DNA from: an uncultured Pygmaiobacter sp.
GTDB lineage: Bacteria; Bacillota; Clostridia; Oscillospirales; Ruminococcaceae
Length of the DNA stretch: 24,000 nucleotides
Assembly: GCA_963664775.2 (NCBI GenBank)
Contig: CAXXMP010000001.1
Span: 328,105-352,104, forward strand
Direction of reading: 5' to 3'
The translations under genes were made by a program, and so were the position numbers. The notes below the pieces were generated by a model. That model was given only the letters and a program-made list of their open reading frames with translations, had not been told where the DNA came from and ran no database searches. Positions 6,992-14,729 of the stretch are shown here, one piece after another (position 1 is the first letter of the stretch; each line of letters starts with the position of its first letter).

Positions 6992-8365
6992 ATGTCTGAA
7001 TCCGCAAGGGTTTTGAAACTACAACGAGAGTTTTTTTACACTGGGGCAACGTTGCCCGTAGAGGGGCGCAAAGCTGCCCTGCACCGGCTATTGAATGCAA
7101 TTACAGCAAGGGAAGATGAAATACTCGCTGCGCTGCATCAAGACCTTGGCAAGGCCCCGATGGAAGGGTATCTTACAGAAGTTGGTATTGTAAAGGCGGA
7201 AATCCGCACCGCAATGAAGCACTTGGCAGGTTGGGCGCGCCCGCGTGTGGTGCCAACCCCGCTTAGCCTGCTGCCGGCAATAAGCAAAATTTACCCAGAA
7301 CCGTATGGTGTGGTGCTGGTGCAAAGCCCGTGGAACTACCCGTTTCAGCTTTGCATTGCCCCGGTTGCCGGTGCCCTTGCGGCGGGTAACTGTGTGATGG
7401 TGAAACCCAGCAGCAGTGCACCCGCCACAGCGGCGGTGATTGAAAAGCTGATTGGGGATGTGTTTGAAGAGCGCTATGTGTATGTGCTGCGGGCCGGTGG
7501 TGACAGCCATGAAGAAATTTTGGCCGAAGCGTATGATTATATTATTTTCACCGGTTCTCAGCGGGTGGGCCGTGTGGTCATGGAGGCCGCGGCCAAACAT
7601 TTGACCCCGGTCACGCTGGAACTGGGGGGTAAAAGCCCTTGCATTGTGGAGGAAAGCGCCGACATCCCCCTTGCTGCCAAACGCATTGTATTTGGCAAGT
7701 TTCTCAACGCCGGGCAAACCTGTGTTGCCCCAGACCATGTTTTGGTGCAAAGCAGCATAAAAGATGCCTTTGTGCGCGAGTTGACCGAGGCAATTTTGGC
7801 ATTGTATGGGCCAGAACCGCTGCATAGCCCAGACCTGCCTAAAATCATCAATGCGCACCACTTTAAACGGCTGGTGGGCCTGATTGAGGGGCAAAAGGTT
7901 GCCGCCGGCGGTGTGTGGGACGAAGAAAACCGCAAAATTGCCCCGACCGTGATGGTGGATGTGACCGATGACGCGCCGGTGATGCAGGACGAAATTTTTG
8001 GGCCGGTGTTGCCGGTACTGACCTTTAACACCCTGCAAGAGGTGGTAGAGCGCCAGCAGGCATTGCCGAAACCTTTGGCACTTTACCTGTTTACCCGCAA
8101 CCCTGCGGCAGAGCGCAAAATTACCAGCAAAATCAGCTATGGCGGTGGCTGCATTAACGATACGGTAATGCACCTTGCAAACGATAACCTGCCGTTTGGT
8201 GGGGTGGGGGCATCCGGTATGGGGGCTTACCACGGCAAAGCCAGCTTTGAGACGTTCAGCCATTACAAAAGCGTGCTAAAAAAAGCGAATATATTTGACC
8301 TGCCGCAGCGCTATGCCCCTTATACCCAAGAGGCGTTTGCGTTTATTAAAAAATTTATGAAGTAA
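6992..8365 (+). CDS. NAD(P)-dependent aldehyde dehydrogenase (class-3-like, ~457 aa)
   Basis: RBS AAAGGAG. It has the ALDH catalytic motifs LELGGKSP and FLNAGQTCVAPD (catalytic Cys) and the C-terminal EIFGPVLP. Confidence 0.9.
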   Translation: MSESARVLKLQREFFYTGATLPVEGRKAALHRLLNAITAREDEILAALHQDLGKAPMEGYLTEVGIVKAEIRTAMKHLAGWARPRVVPTPLSLLPAISKIYPEPYGVVLVQSPWNYPFQLCIAPVAGALAAGNCVMVKPSSSAPATAAVIEKLIGDVFEERYVYVLRAGGDSHEEILAEAYDYIIFTGSQRVGRVVMEAAAKHLTPVTLELGGKSPCIVEESADIPLAAKRIVFGKFLNAGQTCVAPDHVLVQSSIKDAFVRELTEAILALYGPEPLHSPDLPKIINAHHFKRLVGLIEGQKVAAGGVWDEENRKIAPTVMVDVTDDAPVMQDEIFGPVLPVLTFNTLQEVVERQQALPKPLALYLFTRNPAAERKITSKISYGGGCINDTVMHLANDNLPFGGVGASGMGAYHGKASFETFSHYKSVLKKANIFDLPQRYAPYTQEAFAFIKKFMK

Positions 8366-8431
8366 AATACAGCGTAAAGGCCAGCCCCACAGCGGGTATG
8401 GCCTTTGCAATGAAAAAGCGAGGGTATTTAG

Positions 8432-8950
8432 TTGGAACCGGTTTTTGAAAATGCATATGTTTACACGATGGAAAGCCTGAAAGAGACAGCAAAGCATTCA
8501 ATGGTGCAAAAGTATAAAATTACTTCTATTACGCTGGCGGCATTGTGCTGCCTGATTGCGGTTTTGTTGCTGCTGCTGCACGAGTCTGTTGTATTGATTG
8601 CAGCGCTGCTGGTGGGTGCCGCACTGGTTTTGTTTAAACTGTTCAGGCTGCCCGCAAAACTGGCGGGGCAAACCTATCGGCGTAACGAGATTATGTACCA
8701 GTCACAGCCGCGTGTGGTCGTCGATTTTTTTGAAGACCAACTACAGGTGTGCAACGAGGGAAGCCATTCAACGCTGCGTTTTTCGTATGATAAAATCGAG
8801 CGCATAAAAGAAACAAAAAATCTTTACCTGTTCACTTTGCCGGAGCAACTAATCGTCATGGTGCAAAAGCAAAGCTTTGCCACCGGGCAGCAGGCAGATT
8901 TTGTGCCGTTTTTAAAGCAAAAATGCCCCGGTGCCGCGCGGCGCCTATAA
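8432..8950 (+). CDS. YcxB-like membrane protein (unknown function)
   Basis: 172 aa with a TTG start preceded by GAGGG (an alternative in-frame ATG is at 8468). Two central TM helices are followed by a C-terminal segment (LYLFTLPEQLIVMVQKQSF) typical of YcxB-family proteins. Confidence 0.6.
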   Translation: MEPVFENAYVYTMESLKETAKHSMVQKYKITSITLAALCCLIAVLLLLLHESVVLIAALLVGAALVLFKLFRLPAKLAGQTYRRNEIMYQSQPRVVVDFFEDQLQVCNEGSHSTLRFSYDKIERIKETKNLYLFTLPEQLIVMVQKQSFATGQQADFVPFLKQKCPGAARRL

Positions 8951-8975
8951 GCAAAAAAGTAGCGAGTATAAAATA

Positions 8976-9029
8976 AAAACAGCCAAGCAGCACAAAAGGC
9001 CTTGCCTTTTACCCTGTTTGGCTGTTTTA
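8976..9029 (+). terminator. Terminator after the YcxB-like gene
   Basis: AAAACAGCCAA...TTGGCTGTTTT forms an 11-bp outer stem with an inner AAAGGC/GCCTTT stem, and the T-run is contiguous with the stem. Confidence 0.55.
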
Positions 9030-9111
9030 TTCTGGGCTTTAGACCGCATTTCGCGAAGCGAAAGGCAACAAACCACCCGCTAAGCGGGTGAGTAGCCAAA
9101 GCTTAAGCAAA

Positions 9112-9181
9112 AAGGCATCACCTTTCTGATAAAATGAAGAGTGTTCAAGCCTTTAAAAAATCAGAAGAAAGGTGATGCCTT
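9112..9181 (+). promoter_or_regulatory. Stem-loop sequestering the tnpA RBS and start codon
   Basis: AAGGCATCACCTTT (9112-9125) pairs perfectly with AAAGGTGATGCCTT (9168-9181). The paired region covers the SD GAAAGGTG and the ATG at 9175. The same translational-occlusion architecture is known for Salmonella IS200. Confidence 0.65.
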
Positions 9182-9636
9182 ATGGCAGAAAGTTTAGCAC
9201 ACAGGCACACAGCAAGTGGGTATGCAAGTATCATGTGGTGTTCAGCCCAAAGTACCGGAGAAAAGCAATCTACAATGAATTGAGAGCAGACATCCAACAA
9301 TATATTAGAGATTTGTGCAAGTGGAAAGGGATAGAGATTGTAGAAGGGCACATGATGCCGGATCATGTGCATCTGCTGTTGTCGATACCGCCGAAGTATT
9401 GCGTTTCAAGTTTCATGGGGTATTTAAAAGGGAAATCGGCAACGATGATATTTGAAAAGCATGCAAATTTAAAATATAAATTTGGGAACAAGCACTTTTG
9501 GGCAACGGGGTATTACGTAAGTACAGTAGGGCTAAACGAAGCGACAATAGCAAAATATATCAGAGAACAAGAAAAGCAAGATATGCTGGAAGATAGGCTG
9601 ACAACAAAAGAGTACGAAGACCCTTTTAAGGGTTAA
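9175..9636 (+). CDS. tnpA: IS200/IS605-family Y1 transposase TnpA
   Basis: There is strong by-eye similarity to IS200 TnpA: WVCKYHVVFSPKYRRK, the HUH motif PDHVHLLLSIPPK, FMGYLKGKSA, and the catalytic-Tyr region FWATGYYVSTVG. I chose the ATG at 9175 rather than the GTG at 9172. Confidence 0.93.
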   Translation: MPYGRKFSTQAHSKWVCKYHVVFSPKYRRKAIYNELRADIQQYIRDLCKWKGIEIVEGHMMPDHVHLLLSIPPKYCVSSFMGYLKGKSATMIFEKHANLKYKFGNKHFWATGYYVSTVGLNEATIAKYIREQEKQDMLEDRLTTKEYEDPFKG

Positions 9637-9841
9637 TACGCAATCAGTCCACTGGGCTTGAACGAAGTGAAAGCCAGCGTCTTTTAGGCGCTGGCAATTA
9701 TTATGCCCTTTTAGGGCTCAGTCAAGCCACCCGTTTTACGGGTGGTATTGACTGTTTTTTAAAAAGTATAGCAGGTGCCCGCAACTCATGCGCCAGTTAA
9801 AAACAGAGATGCTTGCGGTGGGGGTTTGCAGATGCAACCCG

Positions 9842-10405
9842 CTACATAAACCAAACCTGTTCGTTGCTGGAGGAGACGGCAGCGGCCCCGGCGGAAAGTG
9901 CGGCCAGCACATCGGCCTTAGTTTTGATTAGCCCACCCGCAATGACCGGCAAATCGGGGTGCTGCTGCGCAATTTCGCCAATCGCGGCGGTCATTAACCC
10001 GGGCAGCAGCTCCACCATGTCGGGCTTGTTGGTCAAAAACTGCCGGTTGATATTGGCCTCTGCAATAGAATCCAGCAAAAAGAAGCGCTGCACCGTCAGC
10101 AGCCCGCGGCTGCGTGCGTGTTTCAGCAGTGACGGCTTTGTGGAGATGATGCCGTCCAGCTTCGTGTTTTCAGCCAGAAAATCTACGGCCACATCCTTGG
10201 GGGCCAGCCCGTCAATTAGGTCAATATGGACGAAAACCAGTTTATTGGCCTCTTTTAATTCCCGTACAATGTCACTAATGTTGCAGACTGTGCCAAACAA
10301 AATAAAAAACACTTCACTGTCGCAGGCCATTGCTTTGCGCATGCCCTCACGGTCTTTTACTGCGGCAATAATAGGGGAATTTCGCAAAATTTCCAGCATT
10401 TCCAT
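9842..10405 (-). CDS. glpP: GlpP-family (glycerol-3-phosphate-responsive) antiterminator-like protein
   Basis: Motifs resemble B. subtilis GlpP: IIAAVKD, VFVHIDLIDGL, DGIISTK, VELLPGL, IAGGLI..DV..AL.AGA.AVS.S. I start at the ATG at 10405 (MEMLEIL, RBS AGGGTGGA), giving 188 aa, rather than the track's 10441. Confidence 0.8.
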   Translation of the reverse strand: MEMLEILRNSPIIAAVKDREGMRKAMACDSEVFFILFGTVCNISDIVRELKEANKLVFVHIDLIDGLAPKDVAVDFLAENTKLDGIISTKPSLLKHARSRGLLTVQRFFLLDSIAEANINRQFLTNKPDMVELLPGLMTAAIGEIAQQHPDLPVIAGGLIKTKADVLAALSAGAAAVSSSNEQVWFM

Positions 10406-10431
10406 CGGTGGTTCCACCCTTTCCGGCCGCC

Positions 10432-11166
10432 CTAAAACCACAAATTGCCCTCAAAGCAGCGCTTGTCCTCATGCAGCCCGCTGACATACCAGCCGGCCTT
10501 GCCTTCTTTTTCTATTTCCGCCCGCTGTAATTGCATTTCTTGCCCCAGCGGCAGCTCGGCACGGTAGTGCAGCACGGCTTTGCGAAACCCGTGTTCACCC
10601 TGCAACAGCGCAACGGGCAGCGCGTCACACAAAATGTCGCCGTAGTAGGTGTTGTTCAAGTGGCCGTTTTGGTCCACCCGCGAATAACATGCCCTTGCAG
10701 TACCCGCGGAGGTCAACTCTTCTGCCCGTGTGACAGAAACATCCTGCTCTTTGTCAAGCTGCAAAAAGAACGGCAGGTCAAGCCCTTCCGGCGCATGGCG
10801 CAGTACCCGGCGGGTCGTGGTGTCCGCTAATACCCAGCGAGAGTCTACTGCGGCGGCCAGCTTACCGTCTTGCCCCAAAAAGCTGGTATAGCGGTTGTAA
10901 AAGGCATGTGCCGGGGCACCGGGCTCACTTACCAGCCGCAGCACCTCGCGTGCGCCGATGTCGCGGTGGGTTTCGACACTCACTTTTACCAGCACAAAAG
11001 CAGCCCCAAACCCAAGCAAACGCTCGGTCGTAACCCCAAGTGCGTCGCAGTGGTCGGTGCCCACCTGCTGGGCTTCGCGCAGCAGGGCACCCAAGGTCAT
11101 CCGCCCGCAAAGGTCACATTTCGTATGTTCCACAACAATTTCTTTCGTAAAAGTCTCCAGTTCCAT
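10432..11166 (-). CDS. Acyl-ACP thioesterase (double hot-dog, FatA/B-like)
   Basis: 244 aa with RBS AAGGAAGGAAG. The conserved second-domain motif YSRVDQNGHLNNTYYGDI and the length are typical of bacterial acyl-ACP thioesterases. Confidence 0.8.
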   Translation of the reverse strand: MELETFTKEIVVEHTKCDLCGRMTLGALLREAQQVGTDHCDALGVTTERLLGFGAAFVLVKVSVETHRDIGAREVLRLVSEPGAPAHAFYNRYTSFLGQDGKLAAAVDSRWVLADTTTRRVLRHAPEGLDLPFFLQLDKEQDVSVTRAEELTSAGTARACYSRVDQNGHLNNTYYGDILCDALPVALLQGEHGFRKAVLHYRAELPLGQEMQLQRAEIEKEGKAGWYVSGLHEDKRCFEGNLWF

Positions 11167-11198
11167 GCTATTCGGCTTCCTTCCTTTTCCTTAGCAAT

Positions 11199-11227
11199 AT
11201 TATACCGGAAAATTTTGCCCTTCGCAA
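11199..11227 (-). promoter_or_regulatory. Promoter for the thioesterase-glpP pair
   Basis: The minus strand reads TTGCGA (11227-11222), a 17-bp spacer and TATAAT (11204-11199). The leader to the ATG at 11166 is only ~25-30 nt. Confidence 0.6.
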
Positions 11228-11239
11228 ACATTGTGTGAC

Positions 11240-11273
11240 AAAAAACACGCCGCCCGGTAAACGGGCGGCGTGT
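11240..11273 (-). terminator. Terminator of the two-membrane-protein operon
   Basis: On the minus strand, ACACGCCGCCCG-TTTAC-CGGGCGGCGTGT is followed by TTTTT, directly after the stop at 11283. Confidence 0.75.
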
Positions 11274-11282
11274 GGCCGTTCA

Positions 11283-11963
11283 TTACAGACGATTCTTTTT
11301 GAATAGCAGGTAAGAGACACCAATGGCAATCAGCCCGGACGGAATGACGAGGAAACCGACATTGCTGATGACGGACGGCACAAAGATGCACAGCAGCGAC
11401 ATCAGGATAAAAGGCAGAATAGCAATTTTGAGGCCCTTGACATAATATTTGCAACCCAGCGCACCAAACAACGCGGCAACCACGTTGTTAAATGCCGGGG
11501 TGAGCACCGGGTTTTCCAGCACCGGGGCCAGCGGCACCATCATCAACACCCCAACGGCAATAACAATGGTGGTGGTCAGTGCACTGGCGGCGACCGAAAG
11601 GGTGGAGACGATTTCGTTTTCAGGGGTGCCGGCCTCGGTTTTGCAGATATCGCGCGCGTTGACCGCACAGGGAACTTTCATGTTGGTGACATTGCCGGTG
11701 AGAAAAGTCAGGTAGCTTGCACCGGACCCCAGCATGGGCGCATAGATCAAAAACTCGACGATGGCGACCGGCAGATAGATCAGTGCTACCTGTGCAATGG
11801 CCTTGCCAAACGCGGGCATCGACGGCATCGCCCCCAGTGCTGTGCCCATGGCAAACGGCACGCTGATCATCCAGATGATTGCGACGGTCAGCATGATACG
11901 GCCAAACCGATGAATGCCGTTATTATAGGTTTCAAAAAACTCTGTTTTTTGTTGCTCGTTCAT
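11283..11963 (-). CDS. Polytopic membrane protein, family not recognised (second gene of pair)
   Basis: 226 aa with RBS AGGGGGGA. It has about 6 hydrophobic helices and starts 14 nt after the upstream gene's stop, so the two are co-transcribed. Confidence 0.7.
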   Translation of the reverse strand: MNEQQKTEFFETYNNGIHRFGRIMLTVAIIWMISVPFAMGTALGAMPSMPAFGKAIAQVALIYLPVAIVEFLIYAPMLGSGASYLTFLTGNVTNMKVPCAVNARDICKTEAGTPENEIVSTLSVAASALTTTIVIAVGVLMMVPLAPVLENPVLTPAFNNVVAALFGALGCKYYVKGLKIAILPFILMSLLCIFVPSVISNVGFLVIPSGLIAIGVSYLLFKKNRL

Positions 11964-11977
11964 TTATAATTCCCCCC

Positions 11978-12718
11978 TTATACCAGTGATACAATGACGG
12001 CGGCGGCCATACCGGCCAGCATGCTCACCGCAATGGAAAAGTTGTCAAGCCAGGCAATTTTGCGCTTTTCGGTAAAGTAATAAAAGACCCCCATCACTGC
12101 TGCGGCAACCAGCGCGGTGATAATGGGCACAATATTTTTGTCGGCAGTAAACTGGCCAATATAGCTGCCAAGGTAAGCCGAAACAAGGCCAATAAACATG
12201 GCCAGGGTCAGCACATCGCCAAAGTTGCGCCCACTTTTGGTTTTGGTGGCTTTCTTTTCCGCCCCGTTTACTTTTTTCATATAGCGTTTGAGCAGGAAAA
12301 TGCAGCAGAACAGCCCCCAAATAATGCCGATCGTCATCACCAGCGCAATGGTGGTAAAGGCTTGTGGTGTCATTTCGCTGGCATTGAGGCCGGAAAGCCC
12401 GATGCTTTTAGAGGCCATGTCAGCCACATTGGTCTCGTACGGCAGTGCCCCCACGACGGACAGCCGCAGCCATGGCAATGGCACCCCAAGGCTGCCGGAC
12501 AGTGCAACGACCCCCAGCAGAATGCTGATACTGGGCAGCAGGGTAAAGGTAATGCTGCTGGTAACGGCCCGTTTGAGCTTGGTTTTATCCATGCCAAGGG
12601 CCAGCCCTGCGCGGTAGCTTTTGAGCATAAAAACAATGCACATTGCCACGACAAACACAATGACGCTGCCGCAGATCAGGTAGATTGCCGGTGAATTGAG
12701 CTGCTGTAGAACACTCAT
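11978..12718 (-). CDS. Polytopic membrane protein, family not recognised (first gene of pair)
   Basis: The track ORF is 11978-12772. I prefer the ATG at 12718 (MSVLQQLNSP) because GGGGAGGA lies 7 nt upstream. That gives 246 aa with about 6 TM helices and a Lys-rich central loop (KKVNGAEKKATKTKSGR). Confidence 0.7.
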   Translation of the reverse strand: MSVLQQLNSPAIYLICGSVIVFVVAMCIVFMLKSYRAGLALGMDKTKLKRAVTSSITFTLLPSISILLGVVALSGSLGVPLPWLRLSVVGALPYETNVADMASKSIGLSGLNASEMTPQAFTTIALVMTIGIIWGLFCCIFLLKRYMKKVNGAEKKATKTKSGRNFGDVLTLAMFIGLVSAYLGSYIGQFTADKNIVPIITALVAAAVMGVFYYFTEKRKIAWLDNFSIAVSMLAGMAAAVIVSLV

Positions 12719-12971
12719 CAATAAATCCTCCCCACGATGCAAACCAAAGACAGATGTCCGCTTTGGCAACACAAAAGATTAAAATATCTGTTACAGTATA
12801 GCATAGCACCCTAGAAAAAGGAACAAGGTTTTGGTGGGTTTCTTTATTTATGGTATAAGCTGCCGAACTGCTTGCGCTGCATTTTAAAATGCGGTAAAGT
12901 AATAAGCGTATAAGGCTTCAGCGTGAAGGTTTGCCGGCCGTCTTGCCGCGGCAAAAAAAGGAGAAACGCAA

Positions 12972-13634
12972 ATGAATATCAGTTTGTTCGATGTGCTGGG
13001 CCCGGTGATGATTGGGCCGTCCTCGTCCCACACGGCGGGTGCGGCAAAGCTGGCACGTGTTGCCCGCACGATCGTAGAAAAGCCGTTTCATCTGGTGACG
13101 TTTGGCTTGTATGGCTCGTTTGCAAAAACCGGGGTAGGGCACGGCACACGGCAGGCGCTATTGGCCGGGGCCATGGGGTTTAAAGAGGATGACGAGCGCA
13201 TTAAGACCATTGAGACGCTTGCAAAGCAAGAGGGGCTGGAATACGAGTTTTATGAGGCGGAACTGGACGGTGCCCATGAAAACACCGCGGTAATTACCTT
13301 TTACTGTGATGATGGCAGCAAGATGCGGGTCATTGGCTGCTCGATTGGGGGCGGGCGCATCCGCATCACCGAGCTGGATGGTCTTGCGTCGGACATCACC
13401 GCAGAATCCCCCACGTTGCTAATCACCCAAAACGACAAGCCCGGTGTGATTGGTGCGGTCAGCGGGTTGCTGGCGGAGTGCGGGCTGAATATTGCGGTCA
13501 TGCGAGTGTCGCGGGTGGCACGCGGGGAGCTTGCCAACTGCGTGATTGAAACCGACGGACGCATCAGTGCCGAGGTAGTGCGACAGCTTGAAAAAATACC
13601 GAATGTGCGCAGTGTGCGCGCCATTAATATTTGA
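12972..13634 (+). CDS. sdaAB: L-serine dehydratase, iron-sulfur-dependent, beta subunit
   Basis: The N-terminus FDVLGPVMIGPSSSHTAGA is near-identical to the B. subtilis SdaAB pattern. It also has IGGGRIRITELDG and a C-terminal ACT-like domain. RBS is AAAGGAGA. Confidence 0.93.
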   Translation: MNISLFDVLGPVMIGPSSSHTAGAAKLARVARTIVEKPFHLVTFGLYGSFAKTGVGHGTRQALLAGAMGFKEDDERIKTIETLAKQEGLEYEFYEAELDGAHENTAVITFYCDDGSKMRVIGCSIGGGRIRITELDGLASDITAESPTLLITQNDKPGVIGAVSGLLAECGLNIAVMRVSRVARGELANCVIETDGRISAEVVRQLEKIPNVRSVRAINI

Positions 13635-13659
13635 CCGGCAGCAGAAAGGGACGTTTGAC

Positions 13660-14550
13660 ATGTATAATACCATAGAAGAACTGCTGGAGCGGCAGCGGCG
13701 CACCGGGACCCCACTGCACCGCATTATTTTGCAAAACGAAATGAACCTTGCGGGCATCAGCGAAAAAGAGGTGTATACCCGGCTGAAAAAACGATATGAG
13801 GTGATGGTGGCCAGTGCAAAAAAAGCGCTGTTTCAGCCGCAAAGCATGGTACTGGGGCTCATCGAGGGGCAGGCCAGTTGCCAGCAACTGTATGCGGGCA
13901 AACAGAGCATTTGCGGGCCATTTTTAAACGAGCTGATGGCGATGGCCTTGTCCGGCAGCGAAGTCAATGCCTCCATGGGGCGCATCTGCGCGGCCCCTAC
14001 GGCTGGCAGCTGCGGTATTTTGCCCGCGGTGTTGTTGTCGGTGTCTAAGCGCTATGGCTCCAGTGAGCACGAAATCCTTTCTGCCCTGCTGGTTGCCGCG
14101 GGGTTTGGTGCCGTGATCACCAAAAACGCCACGGTGTCTGGCGCAGAGGGCGGTTGCCAGGCAGAATGTGGGGCGGCGGCCGGGATGGCTGCCGCTGCCG
14201 CAGTGGCATTGGCTGGTGGCGACGGAGAAATGGCGGCCAACGCCTGTGGCATTGCGCTGATGAACGTGATGGGGCTGGTGTGCGACCCGGTGGCCGGGCT
14301 GGTACAGCTGCCTTGCAGTTACCGCAATGCCTCCGGTGCGGTCAATGCGGTGTTGTCGGCAGATTTGGCCTTGGCGGGCCAGCGCACGATGATCCCGGTG
14401 GACCAGTGCATCGACGCGATGTACCGTGTGGGCAAAAAGCTGCCGGGTGAATTGCGCGAGACCGCACTGGGCGGCATTGCCACCCAGCCTGCGGGTAAAG
14501 AGTATGCAAAACAGTTGCAGGCATTGACCAGCGGTAAAAAAGAGGGGTGA
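13660..14550 (+). CDS. sdaAA: L-serine dehydratase, iron-sulfur-dependent, alpha subunit
   Basis: Motifs are ICAAPTAGSCGILPA, SGAEGGCQAECG, GLVCDPVAGLVQLPC and LRETALGG. I chose the ATG at 13660 (MYNTIEELL, RBS GAAAGGGA) rather than 13588, which overlaps sdaAB. Confidence 0.93.
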   Translation: MYNTIEELLERQRRTGTPLHRIILQNEMNLAGISEKEVYTRLKKRYEVMVASAKKALFQPQSMVLGLIEGQASCQQLYAGKQSICGPFLNELMAMALSGSEVNASMGRICAAPTAGSCGILPAVLLSVSKRYGSSEHEILSALLVAAGFGAVITKNATVSGAEGGCQAECGAAAGMAAAAAVALAGGDGEMAANACGIALMNVMGLVCDPVAGLVQLPCSYRNASGAVNAVLSADLALAGQRTMIPVDQCIDAMYRVGKKLPGELRETALGGIATQPAGKEYAKQLQALTSGKKEG

Positions 14551-14642
14551 CCCCAGCCGCGCGGTTTGCCTTTACAACAGCGCAAATAAGGGTGGCTATT
14601 TGGTACCCCCCGGCCAGCAAAACAAAGTGGCTAAAAACAAAT

Positions 14643-14698
14643 AAAACCGCAAAGCAAAGCGGCCTGTACCAGTGCAGGCCGCTTTGCTTTGCGGTTTT
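14643..14698. terminator. Bidirectional terminator between convergent sdaAA and the membrane-protein gene
   Basis: Perfect 24-bp arms AAAACCGCAAAGCAAAGCGGCCTG / CAGGCCGCTTTGCTTTGCGGTTTT, flanked by an A-tract and a T-tract. Confidence 0.75.
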
Positions 14699-14729
14699 TA
14701 TAATATAAAATTTAAATGGCCTAAAACGG

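Larger units (their letters stand above)
9045..9765 (+). mobile_element. IS200-type insertion sequence (IS200/IS605 family, TnpA only); ends approximate
   Basis: It carries a Y1 transposase gene. Related subterminal hairpins are present at both ends: CACCCGC-TAA-GCGGGTG at 9074-9090 and CCACCCG-TTTTA-CGGGTGG at 9727-9745, the latter nested in CAGTCAA/TTGACTG. The ~0.7 kb size is typical of IS200. Exact cleavage sites cannot be set from a single copy. Confidence 0.8.

Noticed and set aside
7088-8263. 391-aa minus-strand ORF inside the aldehyde dehydrogenase gene
   Set aside because: It is antisense to an ORF with clear ALDH catalytic motifs. The His/Arg/Gly-rich composition is typical of the reverse frame of GC-rich genes.
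9045-9765. IS605-type TnpB / omega-RNA (OMEGA) module
   Set aside because: The element is only ~0.7 kb and encodes TnpA alone. There is no tnpB-length ORF on either strand downstream of tnpA.
9813-10484. 223-aa plus-strand ORF over glpP, and similarly 15235-15951 over the ECF-operon membrane genes
   Set aside because: Both are mirror-frame ORFs opposite well-supported genes. Their translations are Ser/Ala/Arg-rich with no domain signatures.
13588-13659. Upstream start (13588) for sdaAA and upstream starts for the MCP (1602), glpP (10441) and the first membrane gene (12772)
   Set aside because: The internal ATGs at 13660, 1626, 10405 and 12718 have properly spaced GGAGG-like RBSs and give N-termini matching family norms. 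The longer forms overlap neighbours or lack an RBS.
782-14698. Whether the unusually long perfect terminator stems (782-825, 4172-4212, 14643-14698) are copies of a dispersed REP-like repeat
   Set aside because: Their sequences are unrelated to one another. Each sits exactly at a gene end, so they are ordinary, if strong, bidirectional terminators.
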